Positions 1 to 12,325 of a stretch of 64,000 nt of DNA are shown one piece after another. The stretch spans positions 19,718,001 through 19,782,000 of the forward strand of contig CM059433.1 of NCBI GenBank assembly GCA_030390025.1, read 5' to 3'. The notes below the pieces were generated by a model. The model did not search any database. It had not been told where the DNA came from and was given only the letters and a program-made list of their open reading frames with translations. This stretch comes from Squalus acanthias (lineage: Eukaryota). How positions within the stretch are numbered: position 1 is the stretch's first letter; every line of letters begins with the position of its first letter. The position numbers were made by a program, and so were the translations under genes.

Positions 1-2212
1 AGCGTCAACAAATTTCTCGGCCTGGGTATTTTTTAAGATCACAGGCTGAATGGAGAAGCAGAGGGGCAGTTACATTCTTTCGATCAAACTCTTTGCAGTT
101 GCCCAGTACACTAACGGTGAGCCGCTGTCAAAATACCTTGAGGAGACAGGTTCTTACACATCTCCAGTCTGCTTTACAAAATATTAATATCAATTCATTA
201 ACAGTTCTAAACCCTTGCATTCAGAGTGCATTCAAATATTATTGTTCACAAATGGAGAATTATGAAAATATGTGCACAGCTGCACAATGAGACAAGGACT
301 TGTAAATTCATTCATAGAATTAGTAAGCACTTACAGTTACAGAAATACATAATTTTGTGCTTTTATATTCTTTCCTCACCAATACTGTAAAAGAACAAGC
401 AAATTTGGATTTAACTGATCTGGGAGCTGAGCCACTATTTTGTGGAATTTTGCTTGGTAAAGTACTTGCACTGAAATGTTATTGCCATATGGTTTTCACC
501 TAATGTATTAATATATTACACGATATTGAAGTATTTTTACCAGCTTTCCAAATACAAATAATGATTTTCATAAAATAAAGTCTGCAAAAAAAAAAAAGTT
601 TTCTGATAAACTTTCTCGTTTCTTTTTTCCTTCTGTGAGTGTAGATAACCTATTTCCCCTCTTTTCTCTCCCCTCACGGTTCCGCTAATCCCAAGCCACT
701 GGCCTCTATGTCTGTAAGGGTGGAGCAGCCAGTTGAGCATTTCTGAAGCACTTTTCTGAGTTGAAGTGTTGGGTTCTCCCAGGCGATGCTGTGTAGTAAT
801 TTCAATCGGGTTTCTTTTTACAAGGATGTGAAAAGTTTCTAAAACCTGGGATGAGATTACACTGTAATTCTACCACAGTGATGTTCTCTTAGGATGCAGT
901 TATACTGGCCCACTCCTCTATTGTGGCAAAGTGGTTTGCTCGGTGACAGTATAACTCTGGGATCTTACACTGCAGTGCATTAAAGCAGAAGGAGTGCAAC
1001 TCCTTTCGTCAGGGATTTCCCACCTCTCTTCCAGTCTGCAGGCGGCAGTATAACTCTGACTTGCATCTGCAAGAATCAATTCCGCCCTCTGCCAACATCA
1101 GCAACAACCTGGCCTCCAGGCATTGCTGATTAAAGCCATAAGGTACAATTTTTTTAAGGGGGTAACATAGCAGCCTCAGTCAGGGACAGAGAAGATAGAA
1201 TTAGATTTGGATTATGAAATATATCAGCTAACCTTTCGTTATGGGCGGTTTGCTTAAATGATGTCAACCTTGAAGATTGCCGAACTGATTTTTAAAATAA
1301 CTTGTTCGATCTCCCAGTTTCAGTTACGAAAGTGAGCCACCCTTGCGGGAGCATTGCCTTTTCACGGGGGACGGAATCACCTTACATACAGTTGTTACAG
1401 TGCCACCTGAAGTTTACAGGCAATGCTGGGCTGCTGAGGACACATAGTAAAAGAGATGTTCCAACAATGATTTCAATTAACTTTGTGTATCCCCCTCTAA
1501 TTTCTCCCCTTCCGCCCAAAGCGTCTCATTGTTGCACATTTGTGTCAAGTTGGAAGCACAGAATGATAAGTCAGCAAGCTTCATGTCACAGTGGCTCCAT
1601 GCTCGGGCAAACAGAGACATGCCTGCTTCTAGGTGTGAGGCCCTCTGTTTTTCCTCTGAATAAACCATCCTGCAGCAAATAACTGACATGCCATAGAATC
1701 AGCATGTCATCTGAGGAAGGGACCAACTTGTCACCATACAATTAACCAAAATACATTCACTCCCAACTATATGTACAGACAATTTCTTTGGAGATGTCTC
1801 ATAATCCTCTTTGTGATGTAACACTGCATTTAGATAAAGAATAACCAAGCTGTTGATACTGGAAATTGTAATCGCAGTTGTAGGTTTTAATAATTGATAT
1901 ATTACTTTAAAAATACTTTCATCCCCTATCCTGCTGGGCTATGGTTTCATAGGCATGGCCAATCTTCTCGTATCTCCAGATAGTGAGGCTATTCTGCTAT
2001 AGAACCATCATAACCAATCCAAGCTCACTCTTCTTATCCTAGAGCCACAGGGGACCATTTTAACTTGACATGTGCAACTGCTGCCTGCCTTTTGCTACCA
2101 CCCATGAAACACAAGCCATTTTGAGGCCCGGGCCTCATTTACATGTAGCTGGCGAGCTGCGCGTGCCAAACTGCCACCAGTTGGAGAGGTCAGGAAATTA
2201 GTAAAAAACATA

Positions 2213-2973
2213 GGGCTAGAAATTGGCCTCCTTAACGCCCACCCGTTATCGCCTCCGGGGGGCGATAACGGGGCGATAACGACTTACCGACTGGGCGCGG
2301 CGAGATAAACAACTCCCGCGAACTTGGCTGGGAGGTTTGCGGCGGCGGTAACACTCTGCGCCATGATCTCCTGCGCCCGGAGATCGTGATGTCATTGCCG
2401 TGCACATCGCCCCGGTAGCGCCCCAGACCCGAAGTTCGGATCCGCCCCCTGCAGCATCGGCAGGCGAAAACACCGATAGCTGCAGGAGGCGATGTTCGGG
2501 AGGCCGTGCGCTTCAGGGGGGGGGGGGGGGCGGGGGGCGGAAGTTAAAGGGGAGGTTGCCGAGGTAAGTAGTAAAATTTCTAAAATGTATTTTTTCAATT
2601 TTTTTCAATTCTCCTGGGCCGCGATCGATCAGCCCGGCGCTCTGCTGGAATGAATGGGACTGATCGGGCCGGATCGCGGCCGCCGTCGAGGACCAGCTGA
2701 CTGGTCCCAATGCAGAGCCTGCAGTGATGGCCCGTCCCTTTAAGGGAGGGAAGGAGCCTTGGTTCGCGGCAGCGCTGTACGGCACATACCGCCCTGCCTG
2801 CGTCCTTTAGCGCTCCAGGAAGGAAGTGGAGCACTTGATTTAGCGGTCCACTTCCATCCTGGAGCGCAAACACTGAACTTAGGAAAAGCTGGGAATCATT
2901 AGCGCCTGGCGCTAAGTTTCCCAGCTTTCAAAAGTTACCGCCCCCAAACGGGGCGAGACCTAATTTCTAGCCC
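2213..2973 (+). mobile_element. Non-autonomous PIF/Harbinger element (MITE), 761 bp
   Basis: Terminal inverted repeats (TIRs) gggctagaaatt / aatttctagccc; TSD ATA on both sides; left and right subterminal blocks homologous to the element at 8501-12663. Confidence 0.9.
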
Positions 2974-3202
2974 ATAGAATAATCCTCATGGGGGATTTCA
3001 ACTACCCCGATATTAATTGGCCAGAAGAAGTAGGTAAAGGGGATAAGGGAATGGAGTTCCTACAATGTGAACAGGACACCTTTCTAACCCAATATGTAAG
3101 AAGCCCAACAAGGGAGGATTCGCTATTGGATCTAGTAATAGGGAATCAACCAGAGCAGATAAAAGAAGTAAAAGTAGAGGAACATCTAGGCAAAAGTGAC
3201 CA

Positions 3203-4776
3203 CCTGATAATCTGCATCCCAGAGTACTAAAAGAGGTAGCCATGGAAATAGTGGATGCATTGGTTGTCATCTTCCAAAATTCTATAGATTATGGAACAGT
3301 TCCTGCAGATTGGAGGGTGGCAAATGTAACCCCACTATTTAAAAAAGGAGGGAGAGTGAAAACCGGGAACTACAGACCAGTTAGCCTAACATCAGTAGTA
3401 GGGAAAATGCTAGAGTCTATTATAAAGGATGTGATAACAGGACACTTAGAAAATATCAACGGGATTAGACAAAGTCAACATGGATTTATGAAAGGGAAAT
3501 CATGTTTGACAAACCTACTGGAGTTTTTTGAGGATGTAACTGGTAGAATAGATAAGGGAGAACCAGTGGATGTGGTGTATTTGGATTTTCAGAAGGCCTT
3601 TGATAAAGTCCCACATAAGAGGTTAGTGTGCAAAATTAAAGCACATGGGGTTGGAGGTAATATACTGGCATGGATTGTAAATTGGTTAACAGACAGGAAA
3701 CAGAGAGTAGGAATAAATGGCTCTTTTTCGGGGTGGCAGGCGGTGACTAGTGGGGTACCACAGGGATCAGTGCTTGGGCCCCAGCCATTCACAATATATA
3801 TCAATGATTTGGATGAGGGAACCAAATGTAATATTTCCAAGTTTGCTGATGACACAAAACTAGGTGGGATTGTGAGTTATGAGGAGGATGCAAAGGGGCT
3901 TCAAGGTGATTTAGACAAGTTGAGTGAGTGGGCAAATACATGGCAGATGCAGTACAACATGGATAAATGTGACGTTATCCACTTCGGTAGGAAAAACAAA
4001 AAGGTAGAGTATTATTTAAATGGTGATAGATTGGGATATGCTGATGTACAAAGGGACCTGGGTGTCCTTGTACACCAGTCACTGAAAGCAAACATGCAGG
4101 TGCAGCAAGCAGTTAGGAAGGCAAATGGTATGTTGGCCTTCATTGCAAGAGGATTTGAGTACAGGAGCAAGGATGTCTTACTACAGTTGTACAGGGCCTT
4201 GGTGAGACCACAGCTGGAGTACTGTGTGCAGTTTTGGTCTCCTTACCTAAGAAAGGATATACTTGCCATAGCGGGAGTGCAGCGAAGGTTCACCAGACTG
4301 ATTCCTGGGATGGTAGGACTGTCGTATGAGGAGAGATTGGGTCGACTAGGCCTGTATTCAGTGGAGTTTAGAAGAATGAGAGGGGATCTCATTGAAACGT
4401 ATAAAATTCTGACGGGGCTAGACAAACTGGCAGGGAGGATGTTTCCCCTGGCTGGGGGCTCTAGAACGAGGGGTCACAGCCTCAGGATAAGGGGTAGGAC
4501 ATTTAGGACTGAGATGAGGAGAAATTTCTTCACCCAGAGGGTGGTGAACCTGTGGAATTCTCTACCACAGAAGGCTGTGGAGGCCAAGTCACTGAATATA
4601 TTTAAGAAGGAGATAGATAGATTTCTAGACACAAAAGGCATCAAGGGGTATGGGGAGAGAGCGGGAATATGGTATTGAGATAGAGGATCAGCCATGATTA
4701 TATTGAATGGCGGAGCAGGCTCGAAGGGCCGAATGGCCTACTCCTGCTCCTATTTTTCTATGTTTCTATGTTCCTA
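3203..4776 (+). mobile_element. Young 5'-truncated CR1 LINE (subfamily A) inserted in the older CR1
   Basis: Interrupts the host at GKSDH|HIIRF; 3' UTR ends in a ttctatgt-type repeat tail. Confidence 0.93.
3242..4678 (+). CDS. CR1 ORF2 C-terminal part (reverse transcriptase), open for 478 aa but 5'-truncated
   Basis: Motifs NYRPVSLTS, QHGF, DFQKAFDKV, GVPQGSVLGP, KFADDTK. Confidence 0.9.
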   Translation: MEIVDALVVIFQNSIDYGTVPADWRVANVTPLFKKGGRVKTGNYRPVSLTSVVGKMLESIIKDVITGHLENINGIRQSQHGFMKGKSCLTNLLEFFEDVTGRIDKGEPVDVVYLDFQKAFDKVPHKRLVCKIKAHGVGGNILAWIVNWLTDRKQRVGINGSFSGWQAVTSGVPQGSVLGPQPFTIYINDLDEGTKCNISKFADDTKLGGIVSYEEDAKGLQGDLDKLSEWANTWQMQYNMDKCDVIHFGRKNKKVEYYLNGDRLGYADVQRDLGVLVHQSLKANMQVQQAVRKANGMLAFIARGFEYRSKDVLLQLYRALVRPQLEYCVQFWSPYLRKDILAIAGVQRRFTRLIPGMVGLSYEERLGRLGLYSVEFRRMRGDLIETYKILTGLDKLAGRMFPLAGGSRTRGHSLRIRGRTFRTEMRRNFFTQRVVNLWNSLPQKAVEAKSLNIFKKEIDRFLDTKGIKGYGERAGIWY

Positions 4777-7579
4777 TCATATAATACGCTTTAAGATAAT
4801 AATTGAGAAGGACATAAGTATGACGAAGACCAGGGTAATAGATTGGAGAAAAGCCGATTTTGCAGGGCTGAGAATAGAACTTGGGAAAATATAATGGACA
4901 ACACTATTGGCAAACAATGATGTAGAACAGCAGTGGGAAATATTTAAAACAGTATTCAACAGAGTCCGGGAAAAATATATTCTGCTAAAAAACAAGAACA
5001 AGATAAACACTAATGAGACCCCACGGATGAATAAAGACATAAGGGAAACATTGAGCGTAAGGAAAGAAGCATACACTAAGTACATGGACAGCAGGGGAGA
5101 TCCTGACAAGAGAGAATATGAGATTAGGAGAGAAGTCAAAAACAAAATTAGAAAGGCAAAGAGGAACTATGAAATTCAATTATCAAGGAGCATAAAACAA
5201 AATAGTAAAATATTTTGCAGGCACATAAAAAAAAATAGGAAAGTCAGGATGGGACTAGGACCACTAAGTGATAGACAGGATAATATCACAGACAGCGATA
5301 GAGAGATGGCAGAAATATGAAATAATTACTTTGCTTCAGTATTTACCAGGGAGACAGAACAGGTGGAGATGACATCGGATGATGAGATTAGAAATAAGAT
5401 AACTGCATTTAAAAAAAAAGAGGAGAAATGTTAAATAAACTAATGCATCTCAAAGAGGATAAAACCTCTGGTCTGAACGGATTACATCCATGCATTTTAA
5501 AAGAATCTAGGGAAGAGATAGCAAAGGCATTACTACACATATTTAATAATTCGTTAGAAAAAGTTTTAGTGCCAGAGGACTGGCGGATAACTAACGGAAT
5601 ACCGATATTTAAGAAGGGAGATAGAACATATTCAGGGAACTATAGACTAGTCAGCTTAACATAGGTGGTAGGAAAAATAATGGAATCCCTACTAAAGGAG
5701 AAAATAGAAGCACATCCAGAAACCAAAAATCTAATAATGAATAGTCAGTATGGATTTCAAAAGGGTAAGTCTTACTTGACCAACCTCATTGAATTTTTGC
5801 AGAGGTAACAGAGAGTAGACAAGGTTAATGCAGTAGATGTAATTTATCTTGATTTCCAAAAGGCCTTCGATAAGGTACCACATAATAGACTAATGAATAA
5901 GGTTGGAGCATGCGGAGTCAGGGGACAAGTAGCAGAAAGGATAACTAGCTGGCTTCAAGACAGAGAGCAGAGAGTAGGGGTAAAAGGTAGCTATTCAGAG
6001 TGGCAGAAGGTGGGTAGTGGTGTTCCACAAGGATCAGTGCTGGGACCACTGTTGTTCACAATTTATATTAATGAAACAAAAACACAATTTCTAAATTTGC
6101 GGATGACACCAAATTGGGGGGGATAGTCAATACTGAGGAGGACTGCAACAGATTACAAGAAGACATTAATAAACTTGAAGAATAGGCATATAGTTGGCAA
6201 ATGAAATTCAACACAGATAAATGTGAGGTATTACATTTTGGTAAGAAAAATAGGGAGGTCACATATTACTTGGAAAATATGAATCTAAGTGGGGTAGAAG
6301 AGCAAAGGGATCTCGGAGTACAAAAACACAAATAATTGGAAGTAGTGACACGGGTTAACAAGGCCATAAAAAAAGAAAACCAAGCACTAGGGTTTATTTC
6401 TGGAGGGATTGAATTGAAAAGTATGGAGGTTATGTTAAATTTGTATCAAACCTTGGTCAGACCACACTTGGAGTGCTGCATACAATTCTGGTCGCCATAT
6501 TATAAAAAGGATATAGAGGCACTGGAGAGGGTGCAATAAAGATTCACAAGGCTGTTACCAGAGATGCGAGGGTATACCTATCAGGAAGGATGAACAGGCT
6601 GGGTCTCTTTTCTCTTGAAAAGAGAAGGCTGAGGGGTGACCTAATAGAGGTCTTTAAAATTATGAAAGGATTTGATAGAGTAGATACAGAGAGAGTGTTT
6701 CCACTTGTGGGGAAGAGCAAAACTAGAGGACATCAATATAAGATAGTCACCAAGAAATCAAATAGGAAATTCAGAAGAAACTTCTTTACCCAGAGAGTGG
6801 TGAGAATGTGGAACTCACTACCACAGGGAGTGGTTGAAGTGAATAGTATAGATGCGTTTAAGGGGAGGCTAGATAGGCATATGAAGGAGAGAGGGTTATG
6901 CTGACAGAGTTAGATGAGGAAAGACGGGAGGAGGCTCGAGTGGAGCATAAATGGCTGCATGGACTGGTTGGGCCGAATGGCCTGTTTCTGTGCCGTATAT
7001 CCTATGTAATCCTAAGTGATTTGCATATTGCATGTGGCTTCCCGCTTGAAAACAGGCGGGTGCTCCGGCTGCTCATCTTGGGACCCTACCCAAGATGGCG
7101 GCGGCCGCAGCACCAGCATAGATGGGGTAGCATGTGACCTGACCCCATTTTCAGGCACTTAAAAACAGCTCCACACAAACACTTTGCAGCATCGGCCACT
7201 GGATGGTGATGATGAGCAGACTCCGTGGCTGAATCCTAGCCCAGGGATGCTGCCCGAACAGAGATCAGCTAATGACGTCGACCAGGAATTGAATCTGGAA
7301 CTCTCTGGTCTGTAAACCTAGTGCTATAAAGGACAGTGCTTTTTCCCACCCAGCCATTGCGTAAGCTGGAATTTACGTACATTGGAAATATATTGCATTT
7401 TTGTGGCTCAGTTGGTAGCACTCTCGCCTGTGAGTCAGAAGGTTGTGGGTTCAAGTCTCTCTCCAGACACTTGAGCACAAAAAGCTAGGTTGACACTCCA
7501 GTGCAGTACTGAGGGAGTCCTGCACTGTCGGAGATGCCGTCTTTCGGATGAGACTTTAAACCGAGGCCCCATCTGCCCT

Positions 7580-7990
7580 TTTTTATCCACACTTTTTGTT
7601 TGGTCCTTTTTTCTTCCCTCCCACATGGCAGCTGTCCTTCATTCTGCCAGCGCAATTCACACTTCATCTAGAGCCATCCTTTGTTCCTTAACCTGTCCCA
7701 TTACCGCCTCCTCTTGCCGTGAATATCTCTTAATGTCTCTCAATCTCTCCTGCTTTCTATCCTATCACTGACCTTCCCTTTTGTTCTTTCATCCCCTCCT
7801 CCTTTTCCCAGCCCCTAAACTTGCTTTAAAATCTATTCCATTTCCTACTTTTTTCCAGTTCTGACGAAAGGTCTTCGACCTGAAACGTTCACTCTGTTTC
7901 TCTCTCCACGGATGCTGCCTGACCTGCTGAGTTTTTCCAGCGTTTTCTGTTGTTATTTCGGATTTCCAGCATCCGCAGTATTTTGCTATT
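7580..7990 (+). mobile_element. 3' terminal fragment of a Penelope-like element
   Basis: Matches the reverse complement of the 3' flank of the GIY-YIG element (59107-59360); 14-bp TSD gcccc(a/g)tctgccct at 7566-7579 and 7991-8004. Confidence 0.8.
7857..7893 (+). ncRNA. Minimal type I hammerhead-ribozyme-like motif in the Penelope terminal repeat
   Basis: agtt-CTGACGA-a-aggtc(ttc)gacct-GAAA-cg-TT-cact: both core boxes, 5-bp stem II, palindromic ACGT stem III. Confidence 0.65.
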
Positions 7991-8800
7991 GCCCCGTCTG
8001 CCCTCTCAGGTGGACGTAAAAGATCCTGTGGCACTATTTCAAAGTAGAGCAGGGGAGTTATCCCCGGTGTCCTGGCCAATAGTTATCCCTCAACCAACAT
8101 CACTAAGACAGATTGTTTGGTCATTATCACATTGCTGTTTGTGGGAGCTTGCTGTGCGCAAATTGGCTGCCATGTTTCCTAAATTACAACAGTGAATACA
8201 CTTCACAAGTACTTCATTGGCTGTAAAGCGCTTTGGGACGTCCAGTGGTCATGAAAGGCGCTATATAAATGCAAGTCTTTTCTTTTTTTTTTCTTTTTTT
8301 TTGTTATGTGACAAATGCAATACATTTAAAATAGTTGGTGGATGAATCGAGCAGTTAATTCCAGTTGGTGATTTTATATGGGTATTTTATCCCCTCTATC
8401 CTTTCCCTTTCTAATTTGCAAAAATTACTGTGTCCTTCCTGGCATATCTCTGTGCTCCCCTTCAGTTAAGTGGGTGTACCTGCAAGGCATAACACACATT
8501 GGGGGAAACATTCGGTTGGTTAGCGCCTCCTGTTAGCATCTCCGGGAGAGCTAACGGGGCGCTAATGACTTACCACCCGTGCGCGGCGATTTTCGCGCCG
8601 CCCACAAAATTCAACTGTCAGTTTGCGGGCGGAGGCGCTAAACACTACCGCCATGATCTCCTGCGTCCGGAGATTGTGACGTCATCGCCCTGGTAGCGGC
8701 CCAGACAGGAAATTGATTCTCGCCCCCTGCCTCAGCGCCTGCCGCTAGGAACGACAGGTAGAGGGGGACGGTTTGCATTCGGCTGGGAGCTGGGGGAACA

Positions 8801-8810
8801 CTATTTAAAG
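8801..8810 (+). promoter_or_regulatory. Putative TATA-like box of the transposase gene
   Basis: ctatttaaag in GC-rich context about 180 bp upstream of the ATG at 8988. Confidence 0.35.
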
Positions 8811-8987
8811 GCTTGCGCTTCCTGTTTTTTCCTGTCAGCAATCAATTCTGCCTACGCAGGTTGAGAGAGGAAGAGAGGCATTTGGAGAGATTTAACGGTT
8901 TCCTACTTGAAGGAGTTTTGGTCGTCAGCAAGACTTATCAGGTTCCCATTTCAGTTACCTTTGGTACTACCACATTTACAAGATTTA

Positions 8988-10135
8988 ATGGGGGCTGTCC
9001 AGGCACGGGGCCTCATCCTCCAGCTTCACCGACGGAGGCAGCGGAGGCGGAGAGAGAGAGTGGAAAACGTGGCCAGAGGGAGGAGGGTCAACAGGGCTCT
9101 CCACAGGAGACCTTACCCTCCCAGGGTATTCCGGGAGCAATTCTCATATAGCCATCTGTCTCAGGAGCAGTGTATTAGAAGGCTCCGCCTCAGCAAGGAG
9201 GTGGTCACAGAGCTCTGCCACCTCCTGCAGCCAGAGCTCCAGCCTCAGCTCAGGACCAGGACGTCTCTGTCGGTGGCAGTGAAGGTGACAGTCGCTCTCA
9301 ATTTCTACGCCAGCAGCTCCTTCCAGGCTTCAACGGGGGATATTGCAAACATCTCCCAGTTTGCTGTCCATCTGGGAGGTCACAAATGCTCTCTACAGAA
9401 GGAGAAGGGAGTACATCTCATTCCCCATGACCCGAGACAAACAGCGTGAACGCGCATGTGGCTTCGCTAGGATAGCGGCTTCCCCTGGTTCAGGGCGCCA
9501 TTGACTGCACGCACGTGGCATTGCGGGCACCTCATCAAAATGCAGAGGTGCTCTGCAACTGCAAAGGCTACCACTCTCTGAACGTGCAGTTGGTGTGCGA
9601 CCACAGACAGCGCCTCCTCGCCGCCAATGCCCGCTATCCTGGCAGCAGCCACGATTCATTCATCCTGCGCCAGACTGGTGTCCCAGCACTGTTCCAACCA
9701 CCGCATCAAGCTCGCGGCTGGCTCCTCGGGGACAAGGGTTATCCAATCTGCACCTGGCTGATGACACCGCTCCGTAACCCCAACCCTCCTGCTGAGCTTG
9801 CCTACAATGAGAGCTATAGTGCCACTAGGAACCTCATTGAACAGACTATCGGTGTGCTGAAGCAATGCTTCCGGTGTCTTGACTGCTCTGGAGGAGCCCT
9901 GCAGTACTCCCCTGATTGAGTCTCCGTTTTCATAGTTGTGTGCTGCATGCTGCACAACCTGGCCATTCTGAGGACCCAGCCATTGCCACCAGGGATTGGT
10001 GCACCACCTCAGGAGGAGGAGGAGGAGGAGGAGGAGGATGAAGAGGAGGAGGAGGAGCAACAACGTGGGAGGGAGGCGCTCAATGTTGCTTCTGCAACGG
10101 CCGTTCGTGAACGCCTCATTGCACAGCGCTTCTGA
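8988..10135 (+). pseudogene. Harbinger (HARBI1-like) DDE transposase, disrupted
   Basis: Motifs GAIDCTHV, YPGSSHDSFIL, LLGDKGY, RNLIEQTIGVLK, CCMLHNLA, acidic tail; frameshifts near 9371 and ~9478-9488; in-frame TGA at 9917-9919. Confidence 0.93.
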
Positions 10136-10443
10136 TGAATGAGAGAGAAGATGGCATTTGGGCTGAACAAGCACATCATTACAGCCAGCCTGCAGCCCCT
10201 GTGACCGGCCAAAGTTCCAATGAGAAACATGAGGAAATTTGTAACGTTGAAATACATTTTTTTATTATTCTGAACAACTGTGTCTTATTAAGCACAACCA
10301 ATAACAAACAAACACAGCAATTTATTAACAAACACAACTGGTTCTTAGCACATCGAAATAATTCTTAACAAAGTGAACAATATATTTACAAACACATCCA
10401 ACTTTGGTACAAACACTCCCTCCATTTGGTCTAAAAAGTTTAG

Positions 10444-12325
10444 TTAGTGTGCCTTCCTCAATGATCTCCCTCCCCTTCGCACTTTCCCCCTCCCAACCCT
10501 ACTGCTCCTCCGTAATGTGGCCCCAGTGGCTGCAGCAAGGCTGGTGGAAGGCTGCTGAATCTGGGAGCCAGAGACTGCAGATGGCCTTGCAGGACTCCCT
10601 CGACCAGCTCTGGGCCTGGAGGGCCCGGCTGCAGACTGCACCAACTCTGCATGGGCGGCAGCAGTCTGGGCTGGCTGGGTTACAGGCTGTGGCAAGTGCA
10701 ATGGCGGAGTGGCAGTGGTGGGAGCTGGAATGCTGTCATCCTGAGAGAGGACAGCACCTTCCTGCTCGACCAACACACTGCCACTCCCCCGGGGCAGAAC
10801 CACAGCATCCGGAGCAATCTGCTCGAGCACAGATTGCTGGTCTGCTGCGGCACCATCAGATCCCCGGTGGACAGTGGTTGCCCCAGCTACGATGGCAGCA
10901 GTCAGCGCTTGCGTGGCATCAATCTGAGACTGCATCAGAGCAGTCTAAGATTGGATGGCACCAACCAATGACTCGATTCCAGCACTAAGCCGTTGCGTTG
11001 CCTCAGCCTGTGCTGCAATAGATGCTGCCACCTCACCCATTACATGCGGCATGAGGTCTGGGTTCCCACGGTCTGCCTGCAAGTCAACCATCCTCTGCAA
11101 AGAGGCAAGGATGGGCTCGAGGGTTTGCACACAGATGACAGCTGTGCTGGTGGCGGACTCCTCCACACTCCTAGCCAGTGCATCCATGCTCTCGGGCACC
11201 CTTGCCATTGCACCCATGAGCTCAGTATGCATGCTCATCGCCTGTGTGTTCATCGCTGCGATATCAAGGTCCTCATCCGAGTCCTGTGCTGCAGAACTCA
11301 TGCGCATCCTCACCCTCCGAGCTTCCCTTTCCCCATGGCATTGCTGCAGCCCGCTGGGTCCCGGAGCTTCACCCACATCAGAGCCAATTCCTCTGCTCCC
11401 CTCCAGTGACCGCGTGGCCCCAGTATCCGATGTGTCACCCTCGGGAGATGCAGGCAGTGAGGCTCTGGCTTGGTGTTCCTGATCCTTTCCCGCGTCGCTG
11501 CCATGGGAGGCTGAGGGACAGGCTGTTCAGATGGTGGCTCACTATCTGAAAGCAGGAAGGCACAAGAGTGGGTTTAACATGAGGGGAGGGGGGCAGGAAG
11601 GGAGCAAGGAATGGAGACAGTATACTTAGATGGAAAATGGGAAGGGCTCGTGTTGTGAGGGGGAAGTGGTATGAGAGAAGAGGGAGAGGTGATGAACATA
11701 CCGTTGTTGTCCCCAAGGGGGTTGACCTCTCCGACTGCCACAGCGCCCACGACATGGCTCATGATGATTCTGTGCACTCGCTCCTCCAGCTGTGTGAGGG
11801 GGTGCAGCTCCGCCTGACCTCCTCCCGTGCATTGCTGCTCCTTCCTGTTATGAGCAAGCTTGGCCTGCAAGAAAAAGGACAGCGTGTGAGTGAGTGTGCA
11901 GCCATGTGTTTGGCAGATGTGCCTGCCATAGTTGAATAGCCGTTAATGTCTGCAAGGTGTGAGATGTGGATGTGACTTTTAGTAGGTGGGCATAGTTGTT
12001 GGGGATTTGGCAATTTATGCCGTCTGTGCACAGAGTGAGGTTGAGATGGTGGGATGTCGAGGTATTTCAAGCATCTACTCACCCTGACCACCCGAGTGAG
12101 GTCGTTGAACTTCTTGCGGCACTGGGTGTGAGTCTATTGGTCCAAGCTTCTGGACGAGACGTAATGGGCAACCTCCCTCCACATCCCTGTGAACTCCCGG
12201 GGCAATGACCTCCTGCCAGTGACTGGGAACAGCACTGCCCGTCGGCGTTCCACAGCCACAACCAGAGCCTCCAATGCCTGGTCACTGAACCGGCGAGCTC
12301 TCTCCCTGGGCCTCTGAGCAGCCAT
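10444..12325 (-). pseudogene. Harbinger Myb/SANT (trihelix) DNA-binding protein gene, 3 exons: 12325-12083, 11864-11702, 11545-10444
   Basis: MAAQRPRERARRFSDQALEAL...MWREVA...TQCRKKFNDL, then AKLAHNRKEQQCTGGG; canonical GT-AG introns (gtgagt/ttgcag; gtatgt/tttcag) in compatible phases; premature TAG at ~12134 and frameshifts in exon 3. Confidence 0.88.

Larger units (their letters stand above)
2186..7015 (+). mobile_element. 5'-truncated, decayed CR1 LINE (subfamily B): endonuclease end plus RT, interrupted by a MITE and a younger CR1
   Basis: Removing the MITE restores the frame QEISKKHRIILMGDFNYPDINW; LDLV and GKSDH|HIIRF endonuclease motifs; RT motifs with many stops and frameshifts; 3' end gggccgaatggcct plus tcctatgtaatcctaag tail. 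Confidence 0.9.
1930..7360 (-). mobile_element. Old tRNA-derived SINE (AmnSINE2-like) split into ~1930-2050 and ~7243-7360 by nested insertions
   Basis: Both pieces align by eye with the uninterrupted copy at ~22820-23135: 'tgctggg...cgtat...agtga..gctattct' in the left piece, 'tcagcta...gaccagga...ctgg..ct...gtctg' in the right piece. Confidence 0.45.
7403..8283 (+). mobile_element. DeuSINE (SacSINE1-like), interrupted at 7580-7990
   Basis: tRNA-like A/B boxes (tggctcagttgg; ggttcaagtc); Deu core gatgagac..aaaccgaggccc...aaagatcc; L2-type tail aaggcgctatataaatgcaagt. Confidence 0.85.

Noticed and set aside
895..1090. Repeated cagtataactct motif ending near aattccgccc
   Set aside because: Probably an old MITE, but no matching left TIR or TSD could be defined.
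7403..7470. tRNA gene (also at 24488, 46060 and 51560)
   Set aside because: A/B boxes belong to SINE heads that continue into the SINE body; no complete cloverleaf.
8988..10135. Domesticated host HARBI1 gene
   Set aside because: It lies within TIRs and a TSD and carries frameshifts and a stop, so it is a transposon copy.
10404..11549. Overlapping + strand ORFs of 100-194 aa
   Set aside because: Antisense to the GC-rich Myb exon 3.
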